Part shown: positions 1 through 11,663 of the stretch, in pieces | How positions within the stretch are numbered: position 1 is the first letter of the stretch | Layout: the number at the start of each line of letters is the position of its first letter | Assembly: GCF_000247565.1 (NCBI RefSeq) | Contig: NC_016893.1 | Location: forward strand, 420,001 to 452,000 | Reading direction: 5' to 3' | DNA length: 32,000 bases | Origin: Wigglesworthia glossinidia endosymbiont of Glossina morsitans morsitans (Yale colony) | GTDB taxonomy: Bacteria > Pseudomonadota > Gammaproteobacteria > Enterobacterales > Enterobacteriaceae | Notes under the pieces: generated by a model | Databases searched by the model: none | Told to the model about the DNA's origin: nothing | The model's input: the letters and a program-made list of their open reading frames with translations, nothing else | Position numbers and translations under genes: made by a program

Positions 1-144
1 CAAATATGTACACTAAAAAAATTTTTGCCATTTATTAATACACTCGAACTAGATTACATTAAAAATGGATTAGGTTACAAATTTAAATTTAATAATCCGA
101 ATGCAAAAAACATATGTGGTTGTGGAAAAAGTATAAATTTTTAA
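1..144 (+). CDS. sufA: Fe-S cluster assembly A-type carrier SufA, 3' end only (5' end lies outside the window)
   Basis: Frame 1 translates as ...[31 protein letters not shown]. The C-terminal NPNA..CGCG.SF motif is typical of IscA/SufA. The gene sits directly upstream of sufB, and its TAA stop is at 142-144. Confidence 0.85.
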   Translation, partial: QICTLKKFLPFINTLELDYIKNGLGYKFKFNNPNAKNICGCGKSINF

Positions 145-1634
145 TGAGACAATATTTTATGAAAAATAATATTAACAATTCTTTAAAAGAAAGTACATAT
201 AAATTAAATTTAAATGAATATAAAGAAGGATTTTCTACAATTTTAAAAACAGACGAATTAGAAAAAGGAATTAATGAAAAAGTAATTTGCGCTATATCTA
301 GAAAGCGTAACGAACCTGATTGGATGTTAAATTTTAGAATGCAAGCATATAATGCATGGCTAAACATGTCTGAACCGCATTGGTTACATGGAAAATTTGA
401 TCCAATTAATTATAATGAATATAGTTATTACTCCGCACCAAAATGCGATTCTTGCCAAAATGATAAACGAAATAAAACAAAAAAAAATTCTCAAAATTAT
501 TTAATTCCTGAAGTAAAAAATACATTTAAAAAATTAGGCATACCTACAAAAGAAGATAAAAATATAGCAATCGATGCTATATTTGATTCTGTTTCTGTAT
601 CTACAACATATCAAAGTTCTCTTAAAGAGATGGGAATTATTTTTTGTTCTTTTAGCGAAGCAATTCAAAATTATCCAGAACTTGTACGTAAATATTTAGG
701 AAGCGTTGTCCCTGCAAATGATAATTTTTTTGCGGCTTTAAATTCTGCTGTAGCTTCTGATGGGACATTTGTATATATTCCAAAAAATGTACAATGCCCG
801 ATGGAATTATCCACATATTTTCGTATAAATTCCGCTAATACTGGTCAATTTGAACGTACTATTTTAATAGCAGATAAAAATAGTACAGTAAGTTATATCG
901 AGGGTTGCTCTGCTCCGATACGGGATGGTCATCAGTTGCATGCTGCCGTTGTAGAAGTCATTGTGCTAGATTATGCTACAGTAAAGTATTCTACTGTGCA
1001 AAATTGGTTTCCGGGACAATCTAATGAAAGCGGAATATTGAATTTTGTCACAAAGCGTGCTTTATGTAAAGGAAAAAAATCAAAAATGTCTTGGACACAA
1101 TCTGAAACAGGATCTGCAATTACTTGGAAGTATCCAAGTGTGATTTTAAAAGGAAATGAATCAATAGGAGAATTTTTTTCTATTGCTTTAACAAAAAATT
1201 ATCAGCAAGCAGATACGGGTACTAAAATGATTCATATAGGTAAAAATAGCAGCTCAACTATTGTATCTAAAACAATATCTTCCGGGCAAAGTAACAATAC
1301 CTATCGGGGTTTAGTAAAAATTACATCTCAAGCAAATTATTCAAGAAATTTTACTCAATGTGATTCTATGTTAATTGGTACTAAATCTGGAGCACATACT
1401 TTTCCAAATATTCAAGTAAATAATCAAACTTCTCAGATTGAGCATGAAGCTACGACATCTAAAATAGAAGAAGATCAAATTTTTTATTGTCAACAAAGAG
1501 GAATTAATGTTAATGATGCAATTTCTATGATTGTACATGGATTTTGTAAAGAAGTATTCTCTAAGTTGCCATTAGAATTTGCTATAGAAGCAGAAAAGTT
1601 ACTTCATATTAATTTAGATCATAGTATAGGTTAA
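144..1634 (+). CDS. sufB: Fe-S cluster assembly scaffold SufB
   Basis: The protein aligns along its whole length to remembered E. coli SufB ([25 protein letters not shown] motifs). The tracked ORF starts at 114, inside sufA. The ATG at 144 (TAATG overlap with the sufA stop) gives about 496 aa, close to the E. coli length. The ATG at 159 is also possible. Confidence 0.93.
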   Translation: MRQYFMKNNINNSLKESTYKLNLNEYKEGFSTILKTDELEKGINEKVICAISRKRNEPDWMLNFRMQAYNAWLNMSEPHWLHGKFDPINYNEYSYYSAPKCDSCQNDKRNKTKKNSQNYLIPEVKNTFKKLGIPTKEDKNIAIDAIFDSVSVSTTYQSSLKEMGIIFCSFSEAIQNYPELVRKYLGSVVPANDNFFAALNSAVASDGTFVYIPKNVQCPMELSTYFRINSANTGQFERTILIADKNSTVSYIEGCSAPIRDGHQLHAAVVEVIVLDYATVKYSTVQNWFPGQSNESGILNFVTKRALCKGKKSKMSWTQSETGSAITWKYPSVILKGNESIGEFFSIALTKNYQQADTGTKMIHIGKNSSSTIVSKTISSGQSNNTYRGLVKITSQANYSRNFTQCDSMLIGTKSGAHTFPNIQVNNQTSQIEHEATTSKIEEDQIFYCQQRGINVNDAISMIVHGFCKEVFSKLPLEFAIEAEKLLHINLDHSIG

Positions 1635-1683
1635 AATAAGTAGAAAATACATTTTTTTGGAATTTATTTACTAGGAACAAAAC

Positions 1684-2412
1684 ATGTTGTCAATTCAAAA
1701 TTTAGAAGTTATGGTTAATAATCAACTTATTTTAAATAAGTTAAATTTAAAAATTCAACCAGGAGAAGTTCATGCTATTATGGGTCCAAATGGATCAGGA
1801 AAAAGCACTCTAGCAGATACTTTGTCTGGAAAAAAACATTGTGTTATTACTTCTGGAAGTATTTTATTTAAAAATGTTAATCTTTTTCAATTAACCCCAG
1901 AAGAACGAGCAGGAAAAGGAATTTTTATAGCTTTTCAATATCCAATGGAAATACCAGGCATAAATAATAAAAATTTTTTGCATGCAAGTATTAATGCTAT
2001 TCGAAAATATCAAAATAAACCTTTTTTAGATATTTATAATTTTTCTCAAATATATAAAAAAAATACAGAACTACTTAATATTTCCGAAGAATTTATGCAA
2101 AGAGCATTAAATGTAGGATTTTCAGGAGGAGAAAAAAAAAGAAATGAAATCTTACAAATGATAATATTAAAACCCAGTTTATGTGTATTAGATGAAATTG
2201 ATTCCGGATTAGATATAGATTCATTAAAAAAAATTTCTAATTGCATAAATATGTTAAGACATAAAAAACGGTCTTTTATCATTATCACTCATTACCAACG
2301 CATATTAAATTATATATCACCAGATTACGTGCATGTATTAAATAAAGGCAGTATTGTCCAATCTGGAACTTTTGAAATAGTTAAACATCTCGAGGAATAC
2401 GGATATGGATAA
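1684..2412 (+). CDS. sufC: Fe-S cluster assembly ATPase SufC
   Basis: It has a Walker A motif (GPNGSGKST), an ABC signature (FSGGEKKRN) and a Walker B motif (LCVLDEIDSGLD). The match to E. coli SufC is near-colinear. Confidence 0.96.
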   Translation: MLSIQNLEVMVNNQLILNKLNLKIQPGEVHAIMGPNGSGKSTLADTLSGKKHCVITSGSILFKNVNLFQLTPEERAGKGIFIAFQYPMEIPGINNKNFLHASINAIRKYQNKPFLDIYNFSQIYKKNTELLNISEEFMQRALNVGFSGGEKKRNEILQMIILKPSLCVLDEIDSGLDIDSLKKISNCINMLRHKKRSFIIITHYQRILNYISPDYVHVLNKGSIVQSGTFEIVKHLEEYGYG

Positions 2413-3688
2413 ATTAAAATACAATACACATATCATAAATTTTCTAGAGCAATGGAATAAATTGTTTTTATGCAAAAAACGACCTAAAGATCTTTGTATG
2501 CACTGGAATAAAATTTTTGAATTACGATCGTCATATTTTTCAAAAGAAATTTGGAATGTGGTTCCATTAAAAAATTTTTTTACAAAAAAATTTTTTATAG
2601 CGAACAAGAATTCAAATTTTAATATCGAACTAGACAAAATTTTATTGCATAAACATGTTTATAAATTAGTGTTTTTTAACGGCACGCTGTGTCAACATTT
2701 AAGTGATAATGATTTTGGCCAATGGAAAATAAAAATAAGAAAAAATAATTATATAAAAATATCACCTAATTATTTAATAAAATCTAATTTTTTTTTACAT
2801 ATGTCAGAAAGTTTCTGTGAAAATATAATACATATTGATTTAGAAAAAAATACAAAACCTCTTATTCCATTATACTTACTTCATATCAATTCAGGCGGAC
2901 AAAATAATAAAATTGCTGTAATAAATTCTCGTATACACATTAATGTGCAAGAAAATGCTCGAGGAGAAATCATAGAGCACTTTTTAGGTAATAGTCATTA
3001 CTCATATTTAAATAATATTTGCACAAATTTTTTATTAGAAAGCAGTGCTCATATGAATTATTTAAAAATTAATTTTGATAATTTTAATAGCTATCATATT
3101 GCGAATAACAATATTATTTTAAATAAAAATACTACATTTTATAATCATCTTTTCAACTTGGGAGGATATTTTTCTCAGCAAAACACTCATGTATGTTTGA
3201 ATCATGAACACTCTGATGTATCAATAAACAGTTTATCCGTACCTAGTAATAAACAAATTATCGACATAAATACATACATAGATCACAAATCTCGTTGTTG
3301 TAAGAGTAGGCAACTACATAAAATGATTTTATCAAAATCTGCAATAGGAAACTTTCATGGTATTATTAAAGTTGAGAAAAATGCAGTAAAAACAGACGGT
3401 CATATGAAAAACGATAATTTATTAACTAGCAAACATTCTAAGATAAATACAAAACCTGAATTAGAAATTTATGCAGATGATGTAAAATGTAGTCATGGAT
3501 CTACAGTTGGATATATGAATCCAGAACATTTATTTTATCTGCGCTCTAGAGGAATTTCAAAAAATCATGCAAAAAAAATGATCATGTATGCATTTTCTTT
3601 AGAAGTGCTTAAAAATGTATCTTATAAATCACTACATAAAACTTTAAATAATTTAATCGTATCATTTTTAGAGCAAATAAAAATATGA
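2405..3688 (+). CDS. sufD: Fe-S cluster assembly protein SufD
   Basis: Its position is between sufC and sufS, with an 8-nt overlap with sufC. The conserved C-terminal block matches SufB/SufD family members (KTDGHMKNDNLL...PELEIYADDVKCSHGSTVG...LFYLRSRGI). The N-terminus is divergent. Confidence 0.88.
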   Translation: MDKLKYNTHIINFLEQWNKLFLCKKRPKDLCMHWNKIFELRSSYFSKEIWNVVPLKNFFTKKFFIANKNSNFNIELDKILLHKHVYKLVFFNGTLCQHLSDNDFGQWKIKIRKNNYIKISPNYLIKSNFFLHMSESFCENIIHIDLEKNTKPLIPLYLLHINSGGQNNKIAVINSRIHINVQENARGEIIEHFLGNSHYSYLNNICTNFLLESSAHMNYLKINFDNFNSYHIANNNIILNKNTTFYNHLFNLGGYFSQQNTHVCLNHEHSDVSINSLSVPSNKQIIDINTYIDHKSRCCKSRQLHKMILSKSAIGNFHGIIKVEKNAVKTDGHMKNDNLLTSKHSKINTKPELEIYADDVKCSHGSTVGYMNPEHLFYLRSRGISKNHAKKMIMYAFSLEVLKNVSYKSLHKTLNNLIVSFLEQIKI

Positions 3689-4917
3689 TATATCCAATTA
3701 AAAAAATTAGAAAAGATTTTCCTATTCTAAAAAAAATAGTTAATAATTATCCATTAATTTATCTAGATAGCGCCGCTAGTGCACAAAAACCAAAATTTGT
3801 TTTTAAACGAGAAATTCAATATGTATCACAACAACATTCAGCTGTACATAGAGGTATTCATACTCTAAGTAAAAATGCTACAAAGTACATGGAAGATGTT
3901 AGAGAAAAAATTTCTTGTTTTCTTAATGCAAAATCAGAAAAAGAAATTATTTTTGTTAAAGGCGCTACGGAAGGAATTAATTTAGTTGCTCATTCTTGGG
4001 GCGAAAATTATATAAATTCAGGGGAAAATATAGTAATTACTCAAATGGAACATCATTCTAATATTGTACCATGGCAAATTCTTGCAAGAAAAAAAAAAAT
4101 AAATATTAAATATATTCCACTTTTACCTAATGGAAAATTAGATTTTGATAAACTAGAACAAATTATTGATCATAAAACTCGCCTTCTATGCATGACGCAT
4201 ATGTCAAATGTTTTAGGAACATACAATGCAATAGAAACTATTATCAAAAAAGTAAAAAATTATTTTAATGTTAAAATATTAATTGACGGCGCACAAGCAA
4301 TTGTGCACCACAATATAGATGTACAAAAAATTAATTGCGATTTTTATGTATTTTCAGGACATAAATTATATGGACCATCAGGAATTGGTATATTATATGC
4401 GAAAAAAAAAATACTCGATAAGATGCCTCCATGGGAAGGAGGTGGTGGCATGATACAGAATGTATGTTTAGATTCAGGGGTTAAATTTAGCTCTGTTCCA
4501 TGGAAATTTGAAGCTGGTTCACCTAATATTTCTGGTATTATCGGACTAGGTGCAGCTGTAGATTACATAAATAAAATCGGCATGAAAAAAATTTTCGTAC
4601 ATGAAAAAAAAATTATAAATTATGCTTTATTAAAATTAAAAAATATTCCTACAATTAGGATTTATGGATCTGATCCGTTTTCTGGAGTAATTTCTTTTAA
4701 TTTAAAAAATTATCATGCTTATGATATAGGTGTTATACTTGATCAATATGGAGTTGCTATTCGTACTGGACATCATTGTGCTATGCCAATTATGAAATTT
4801 TTTAAAACAAATAGTATGTGTAGAATCTCGATAGCTATGTATACAAGCAAGTCAGATATCTCATGTTTTATAAAAAAATTAAATAAAACAATAAATTTTT
4901 TACAACAATCTAATTAG
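3685..4917 (+). CDS. sufS: Cysteine desulfurase SufS (group II, PLP-dependent)
   Basis: The PLP-lysine motif FSGHKLYGPSGIGILY and the active-site cysteine motif RTGHHCAMP are present. ATGA start/stop overlap with sufD. Confidence 0.96.
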   Translation: MIYPIKKIRKDFPILKKIVNNYPLIYLDSAASAQKPKFVFKREIQYVSQQHSAVHRGIHTLSKNATKYMEDVREKISCFLNAKSEKEIIFVKGATEGINLVAHSWGENYINSGENIVITQMEHHSNIVPWQILARKKKINIKYIPLLPNGKLDFDKLEQIIDHKTRLLCMTHMSNVLGTYNAIETIIKKVKNYFNVKILIDGAQAIVHHNIDVQKINCDFYVFSGHKLYGPSGIGILYAKKKILDKMPPWEGGGGMIQNVCLDSGVKFSSVPWKFEAGSPNISGIIGLGAAVDYINKIGMKKIFVHEKKIINYALLKLKNIPTIRIYGSDPFSGVISFNLKNYHAYDIGVILDQYGVAIRTGHHCAMPIMKFFKTNSMCRISIAMYTSKSDISCFIKKLNKTINFLQQSN

Positions 4918-4935
4918 ATTAGTTTAAAATATTTT

Positions 4936-5337
4936 ATGGATAAAAATAAATTTATAAAAAATTTTTCTTACTTAAGTAATTGGGAAGAAAAATATCTCTA
5001 TATTATAGAATTAGGAAAGAGATTGGCTCCATTTCCTGATAGATTTAAAAAATCTGAATATCTTGTTCCTGGATGCCAAAATCTTGTTTGGATTGCTTTA
5101 TTATATAATAAAAATCATTTAAAATTTTATGGAGATAGCAACTCTATTATTGTTAAAGGGCTAATAGCAATTTTATTTATATTTTATCAAAACTTAAAAA
5201 TATCAGAAATAATTACATGTAATACATATCTTGATTTAAAAAATTTATGTTTATCTGAGCACCTAACTCCTTCTAGAATGCAGGGATTAGGTGCTATCAT
5301 TAGTTTCATTAAAAAATCGGCGCGTTCTTTTTTATAA
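4936..5337 (+). CDS. sufE: Sulfur acceptor protein SufE
   Basis: It has the conserved VPGCQNLVWI active-site cysteine motif. Its size (133 aa) and its position after sufS both fit SufE. Confidence 0.92.
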   Translation: MDKNKFIKNFSYLSNWEEKYLYIIELGKRLAPFPDRFKKSEYLVPGCQNLVWIALLYNKNHLKFYGDSNSIIVKGLIAILFIFYQNLKISEIITCNTYLDLKNLCLSEHLTPSRMQGLGAIISFIKKSARSFL

Positions 5338-5342
5338 GAATA

Positions 5343-5360
5343 ACTTTTTACTTAAAAAGT
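5343..5360. terminator. All-A/T hairpin between convergent sufE and lpp, a possible bidirectional terminator
   Basis: ACTTTTTA-CT-TAAAAAGT is a perfect 8-bp inverted repeat. It lies in the 29-nt gap between the sufE stop (5335-5337) and the lpp stop (5367-5369). The stem is A/T only, so it is weak, and such palindromes arise easily at this composition. Confidence 0.3.
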
Positions 5361-5366
5361 AATAAT

Positions 5367-5603
5367 TTATTTTCTATAATAAAAAGAACGATTGTTCAGA
5401 CGTTGATTTGCACGATCAGCTTCTTCTTTTGCTATATGTGCATCAGCTTTGATATGTTTTACATCTTCTGAAATATGATCTATTTGATTGTGCAGTTCTT
5501 TGATATCAGAATTTAATTTGTTATTACTTGGACTATTTGTGCAACTTGATAATATTAATATACTTAAAATTATATTAAATACAGTTTTTTTATTATTTAA
5601 CAT
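5367..5603 (-). CDS. lpp: Major outer-membrane (Braun) lipoprotein Lpp
   Basis: The 78-aa protein has a signal peptide with lipobox LSSC, a coiled-coil body with ADRANQRL, and a C-terminal YRK, all as in E. coli Lpp. An AAGGA ribosome-binding site lies about 8 nt upstream. The adjacency to the suf operon is also as in E. coli. Confidence 0.93.
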   Translation of the reverse strand: MLNNKKTVFNIILSILILSSCTNSPSNNKLNSDIKELHNQIDHISEDVKHIKADAHIAKEEADRANQRLNNRSFYYRK

Positions 5604-5882
5604 TTTTTTTCCTTAAATAATTTTTTGAATTTATTCAATATTATTTGATGTCACTTAAACTTACTTTTTTTGATAAAATTATATTGTTCTATATTTTTTA
5701 TTCATTATATTCAGAATAAATATTTTTATTATATTAAATAACATATATATATCGTAGTATTTTATTTATTATAATTTACAAAAAATTTGTATTAAAATAT
5801 ATAAATTTAGTAACATACTAAAATTTTTTATTATTTAAATATTGGTTTCAAAATTTTAGAAATATTTTAATTTTAAAAATAA

Positions 5883-7553
<1,671 letters not shown>

Positions 7554-7620
7554 TATACTTATTTAATAATATTTTTAGTATCATACTAATTAATTATTAT
7601 TTATATATAAATATAATAAA

Positions 7621-8925
7621 ATGTATACTTCAAAAATTATCAAAGTTATTGGTCGTGAAATTCTTGATTCAAGAGGCAATCCTACAGTAGAAGCTGAAGT
7701 ACATTTGTCTGGCGGCGTAATAGGACGCGCTTCTTCTCCGTCTGGTATATCTATTGGTTCACGAGAAGCATATGAATTACGTGATCGAGATTTTTCTCGA
7801 TTTTTAGGTAAAGGTGTAAAAAAAGCAGTAAAAGTGATAAATAAAAAAATTTCTAAATCTTTAATAAAAAAAAATGCTGAGGAACAAAAAAATATTGATA
7901 ATATCATGATTCATTTAGATGGGACAGAAAATAAGTCTAGATTAGGAGCAAATTCAATTTTAGCTGTATCTCTTGCAAACGCTAAAGCAGTATCAAACAT
8001 CAGAAAAATTCCTCTATATCAATACATAGCAGAACTCAATGAAATTCCAGAAATGTTTTCTATGCCATTACCAATGATTAATATTATTAACGGAGGAAAA
8101 CATACAAACAATAATATTGATATTCAAGAATTTATGATTCAACCAGTTAGTGCAAAAAATATTAAACAAGCAATTCAAATGGGATCTGAAATATTCCATA
8201 ATTTAGGAAAAATATTGCATGAACAGGGTATGAGCACTTCTGTTGGAGATGAAGGAGGATATACACCTAATTTAAAATCTAATATTGTTGCATTTAATTT
8301 AATTCAAGAAGCAATAGAAAAATCTGGATTTTGTATAGGTAAAGACATTACATTAGCGATCGATTGTGCTGCATCAGAATTTTTTGAAAAAAACTATCAA
8401 TCTTATTATTTAAAAAGTGAAAAAAAAATGTTTTCATCTTGCGAATTTATAGAATATTTGACCGATCTTACAAATAAGTATCCTATTCTTTCTATTGAAG
8501 ACGGATTACATGAAAATGATTTAGAAGGTTTTAAAATATTAACAAAAACATTAGGAAAAAAAATTCAGCTCGTAGGTGACGATTTATTCGTGACTAATTC
8601 TAAATTGTTAAACAATGGTATTAAAAATGGAATTGCTAATTCCATTTTAGTAAAACCAAATCAAATTGGTTCATTAACAGAAACTTTAAAAGTAATTAAA
8701 ATAGCTAAAAAAGCCGGATACTCTACTATTATTTCACATCGATCTGGAGAAACTGAAGATGTAACAATAGCAGATTTATCTGTTGGAACAGCATCAGGTC
8801 AAATTAAAACAGGATCTATGAGTCGATCAGATCGAATAGCAAAATATAATCGATTAATTCGTATTGAAGAAGAACTACAGTATCGTGCTCCATTTAATGG
8901 AAGAATGGAAATTAAAAATCAATAA
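7621..8925 (+). CDS. eno: Enolase
   Basis: [19 protein letters not shown], the SHRSGETED motif and the pyrG-eno adjacency all match E. coli. Confidence 0.97.
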   Translation: MYTSKIIKVIGREILDSRGNPTVEAEVHLSGGVIGRASSPSGISIGSREAYELRDRDFSRFLGKGVKKAVKVINKKISKSLIKKNAEEQKNIDNIMIHLDGTENKSRLGANSILAVSLANAKAVSNIRKIPLYQYIAELNEIPEMFSMPLPMINIINGGKHTNNNIDIQEFMIQPVSAKNIKQAIQMGSEIFHNLGKILHEQGMSTSVGDEGGYTPNLKSNIVAFNLIQEAIEKSGFCIGKDITLAIDCAASEFFEKNYQSYYLKSEKKMFSSCEFIEYLTDLTNKYPILSIEDGLHENDLEGFKILTKTLGKKIQLVGDDLFVTNSKLLNNGIKNGIANSILVKPNQIGSLTETLKVIKIAKKAGYSTIISHRSGETEDVTIADLSVGTASGQIKTGSMSRSDRIAKYNRLIRIEEELQYRAPFNGRMEIKNQ

Positions 8926-8945
8926 TTTTTTAAATTTATGTATTT

Positions 8946-9896
8946 TTAATTTTTTATAATATTAACCGGTAATCCCTTACGTTCTTGAAAAGCCTGTGCG
9001 ACTACGAATTTATTTACCTTTAAATCATGTATAAAATTATATATTTTGTTAGAAATAACAATTGGTTTATGATAAATAGATTTAAAAGTTTCTAAATTAT
9101 TTGATAACGGAAAATGTACTTCTATATACTTATTTCCGTCTTTTTCTAAACTAATTTTTATTGGTTCGTTGATGAATTTTACTGTAGTACCAACTGGTAC
9201 ATGATTAAATAAATATTTAATATCAGCATTTCTTAAACGTATGCATCCATGAGTAACACGCAGTCCAATTCCAAAATTTGCATTTGTTCCATGAATAGCA
9301 TATAGATCTTCTAAATATAAAGCGTATAATCCCATAGGGTTATCTTTTCCTGGAGGATATGTTTTTAACAAAATTTTGCCTTTTTCTAAATATTCTTGAC
9401 GTATAGATTGTGTAGGAGTCCAAGTTGGTCCATATTTTTTTCTTTTCACAGCAGTAGTCCAATTATGAGGAGTTTCTTTCCCTACTTGTCCGATACCGAT
9501 AGGAAAAATTGCTACTAAATTAGAATTTTTAGGAAAATAAAATAATCGCATTTCAGCAGTGTTTATAATAATTCCTGAATAAGGCATATCTGGCAATATA
9601 ATTTGTTTTGGAATAATTACTTGCGTGCCACTTTGAGGTAAATATACATCTACTCCTGGATTTGCTTCTAATATATTAGTAAGACCTACATTAAATTTTT
9701 GAGCAAAGTATTCTAAAGAGAGAGTATTATTTTTTGGAATAGTAATAACAAAATTTTTTCCGATTATTCTATTACCATTTTTAGGCAACTGATATACTTC
9801 TGAATAAACAGTTTTAAAATTTAATATGATAAATATAAGTATTCTAAAGTATATAGCGATTTTTTTTAGTAAATATCTTAATCTTGATCTATGCAT
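8946..9896 (-). CDS. Periplasmic L,D-transpeptidase (YkuD domain, ErfK/YbiS/YcfS = LdtA/B/C-like)
   Basis: It has an N-terminal signal/anchor, a LysM-like region and a catalytic block HGTNANFGIGLRVTHGCIRLRN containing the H..C dyad. It is colinear with remembered E. coli YbiS (GPTWTPT, DNPMGLYALY). I cannot assign it to one paralogue. Confidence 0.9.
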   Translation of the reverse strand: MHRSRLRYLLKKIAIYFRILIFIILNFKTVYSEVYQLPKNGNRIIGKNFVITIPKNNTLSLEYFAQKFNVGLTNILEANPGVDVYLPQSGTQVIIPKQIILPDMPYSGIIINTAEMRLFYFPKNSNLVAIFPIGIGQVGKETPHNWTTAVKRKKYGPTWTPTQSIRQEYLEKGKILLKTYPPGKDNPMGLYALYLEDLYAIHGTNANFGIGLRVTHGCIRLRNADIKYLFNHVPVGTTVKFINEPIKISLEKDGNKYIEVHFPLSNNLETFKSIYHKPIVISNKIYNFIHDLKVNKFVVAQAFQERKGLPVNIIKN

Positions 9897-9944
9897 AAAA
9901 TAAATTATTTTATTTTTTTCTTTTTTTAGATATTTAAAAAAAAA

Positions 9945-11030
9945 TTAAACATTAAATAAAAATTCAATAATATCTCCATTTTTTACTAAATAATCTTTTC
10001 CTTCTAATTTAATTTTTCCAAATTTTTTTGCTAAGTTCATACTTTTATAATGCATAAAATTTTCAAAAGAGATAACTTTTGCTCGAATGAATCCTCTTTG
10101 AAAATCACTATGAATTTTTCCTGATGCTTGTAATGCTGTAGTTTTATAATTAATTAACCATGAACGTACTTCTTTTTTACCAATAGTAAAAAAGTTATTT
10201 AATTTTAATAATTGACAGCCACAATTTATAATTGTGCCTAAATTAGAGTTTGCTAATTTAGATATTATGTACATTTTAGATGATTTTTTCTGTAAAGAAT
10301 TTATGAAATTATCTTCAAATGTAGCGCATATTTTAAGTACGGGTATTTCAAGATGATTAAAATATTTTTTTATTTTTTCTATGTATTCGATATTTTTTGA
10401 AGAATTTTCATGTATATTTAAAATAAGCATTTTAGGTTTTAAAGTTAAAAAATTTAACTCAGAAATAATAGAATCATGTAAATTCTCGGTTTTTTTGTGC
10501 GTATGATGTTTTTTGTTAGACAGCGCTTCTAAAAAAAATTCTAAAATATAAATTTGATTTTTAATATTATTATTTTTATTTTGTTTTTTTAAAAAAGAGA
10601 TTTTTTCAGTACATCTTGCAATATCAGATAATATTAATTCAGAATTTATAATATGAATATCATTTAAAACATTTTCGAACATATATTTAGAAGAACAAAG
10701 ATCTTTAGAAAAGCATCCTACGACATGACCAATTGCATCAGCAGTACGAATTTGATTTAAAAATTGATTTCCTAATCCATATCCTTTAGAAGCACCTTTT
10801 ACTAAACCCGCAATATCGATAAATTCAATATATTCTGGCGTGATACAACGAGACTTAACGATTTCTTGTAACTTAAATAAGCGCATATCTGGTATAGGAG
10901 TTAATGCAATATTAGGCTTAATTGTACAAAATGGAAAATTTTTAGCTGCTACTTTAGATCCAGTAAGTGCATTAAAAAGTGTAGATTTTCCGGCATTAGG
11001 CAATCCTATAATTCCAACTTTTAATCCCAT
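9945..11030 (-). CDS. ychF: Ribosome-binding ATPase YchF
   Basis: The N-terminus MGLKVGIIGLPNAGKSTLFNALT matches YchF, the C-terminal TGS-like region is present, and the gene is adjacent to pth as in E. coli. Confidence 0.95.
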   Translation of the reverse strand: MGLKVGIIGLPNAGKSTLFNALTGSKVAAKNFPFCTIKPNIALTPIPDMRLFKLQEIVKSRCITPEYIEFIDIAGLVKGASKGYGLGNQFLNQIRTADAIGHVVGCFSKDLCSSKYMFENVLNDIHIINSELILSDIARCTEKISFLKKQNKNNNIKNQIYILEFFLEALSNKKHHTHKKTENLHDSIISELNFLTLKPKMLILNIHENSSKNIEYIEKIKKYFNHLEIPVLKICATFEDNFINSLQKKSSKMYIISKLANSNLGTIINCGCQLLKLNNFFTIGKKEVRSWLINYKTTALQASGKIHSDFQRGFIRAKVISFENFMHYKSMNLAKKFGKIKLEGKDYLVKNGDIIEFLFNV

Positions 11031-11072
11031 TCATATCCTCTTTGCAAAAATTTTTTCTAATTTTTTGTAAAA

Positions 11073-11645
11073 CTATTTTCTATGTAAAATATTCATAGCA
11101 TGATATTGATTTTTTTTTATTAAAATTTTGATACAACTAATAGATTTTTTAATTATTTTTTTTAATTTAAATAAATCTTGATCGTTAAATTTACTTAAAA
11201 TATATTTTTTAATATCACCATTTTCAGGACGTCCAATTCCGATTCTTAACGTATTTAAAAAAGATTTTTTTCCAATAAAATTTATTAGGCTTCTCACTCC
11301 ATTGTGCGTGCTACTTCTATGAAAAAATTTAAATCGAGCGCATCCTAATTGTAGATCTAATTCGTCGTGAACAATTAATAATTCATAGGTATTAAAATTA
11401 TAAAAATTATAAATTTTAAAAATTATTTCTCCATTAACATTCATATAATTATTTGGAATCATAAGAAATATTTCTTTTAGCGCTATATTAATTTTTGCAA
11501 TATAACAAGAAAAATATTTATTTTGTATAAGATGCACATTATATTTTTTGGCCAAAGTATGAATAAACAATTCTCCGATATTATGACGTGTATGTGAGTA
11601 TTTTGGTGCAGGATTTGATAATCCTATAATCATTTTTAATCTCAT
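11073..11645 (-). CDS. pth: Peptidyl-tRNA hydrolase
   Basis: IIGLSNP..Y..TRHNIG and VHDELDL motifs are present. Length is 190 aa. Confidence 0.94.
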   Translation of the reverse strand: MRLKMIIGLSNPAPKYSHTRHNIGELFIHTLAKKYNVHLIQNKYFSCYIAKINIALKEIFLMIPNNYMNVNGEIIFKIYNFYNFNTYELLIVHDELDLQLGCARFKFFHRSSTHNGVRSLINFIGKKSFLNTLRIGIGRPENGDIKKYILSKFNDQDLFKLKKIIKKSISCIKILIKKNQYHAMNILHRK

Positions 11646-11663
11646 AAAAAATTTTAACTTATG

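Noticed and set aside
114-143. 5' extensions of tracked ORFs: sufB (114-143), prmC (16621-16662), grxD (26210-26269) and the PLD-like gene (20976-21005).
   Set aside because: The extensions overlap the upstream gene or add residues with no counterpart in the orthologues. Internal ATGs align with the E. coli N-termini or give a proper signal peptide.
89-367. Antisense or overlapping ORFs in the six-frame track: 89-367(-), 2046-2288(-), 2338-2637(-), 7590-7907(-), 10840-11070(+), 12688-12912(+), 14881-15261(-), 15922-16185(+), 16532-16714(-), 16794-17099(-), 19506-19688(-), 21080-21295(-), 30231-30485(+) and 30837-31124(+).
   Set aside because: Each lies fully or largely inside a strongly supported, well-conserved gene on the opposite strand or in another frame. 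Their products are low-complexity, F/I/K/N-rich sequences with no recognisable motifs. Long shadow ORFs are expected opposite real genes at this composition.
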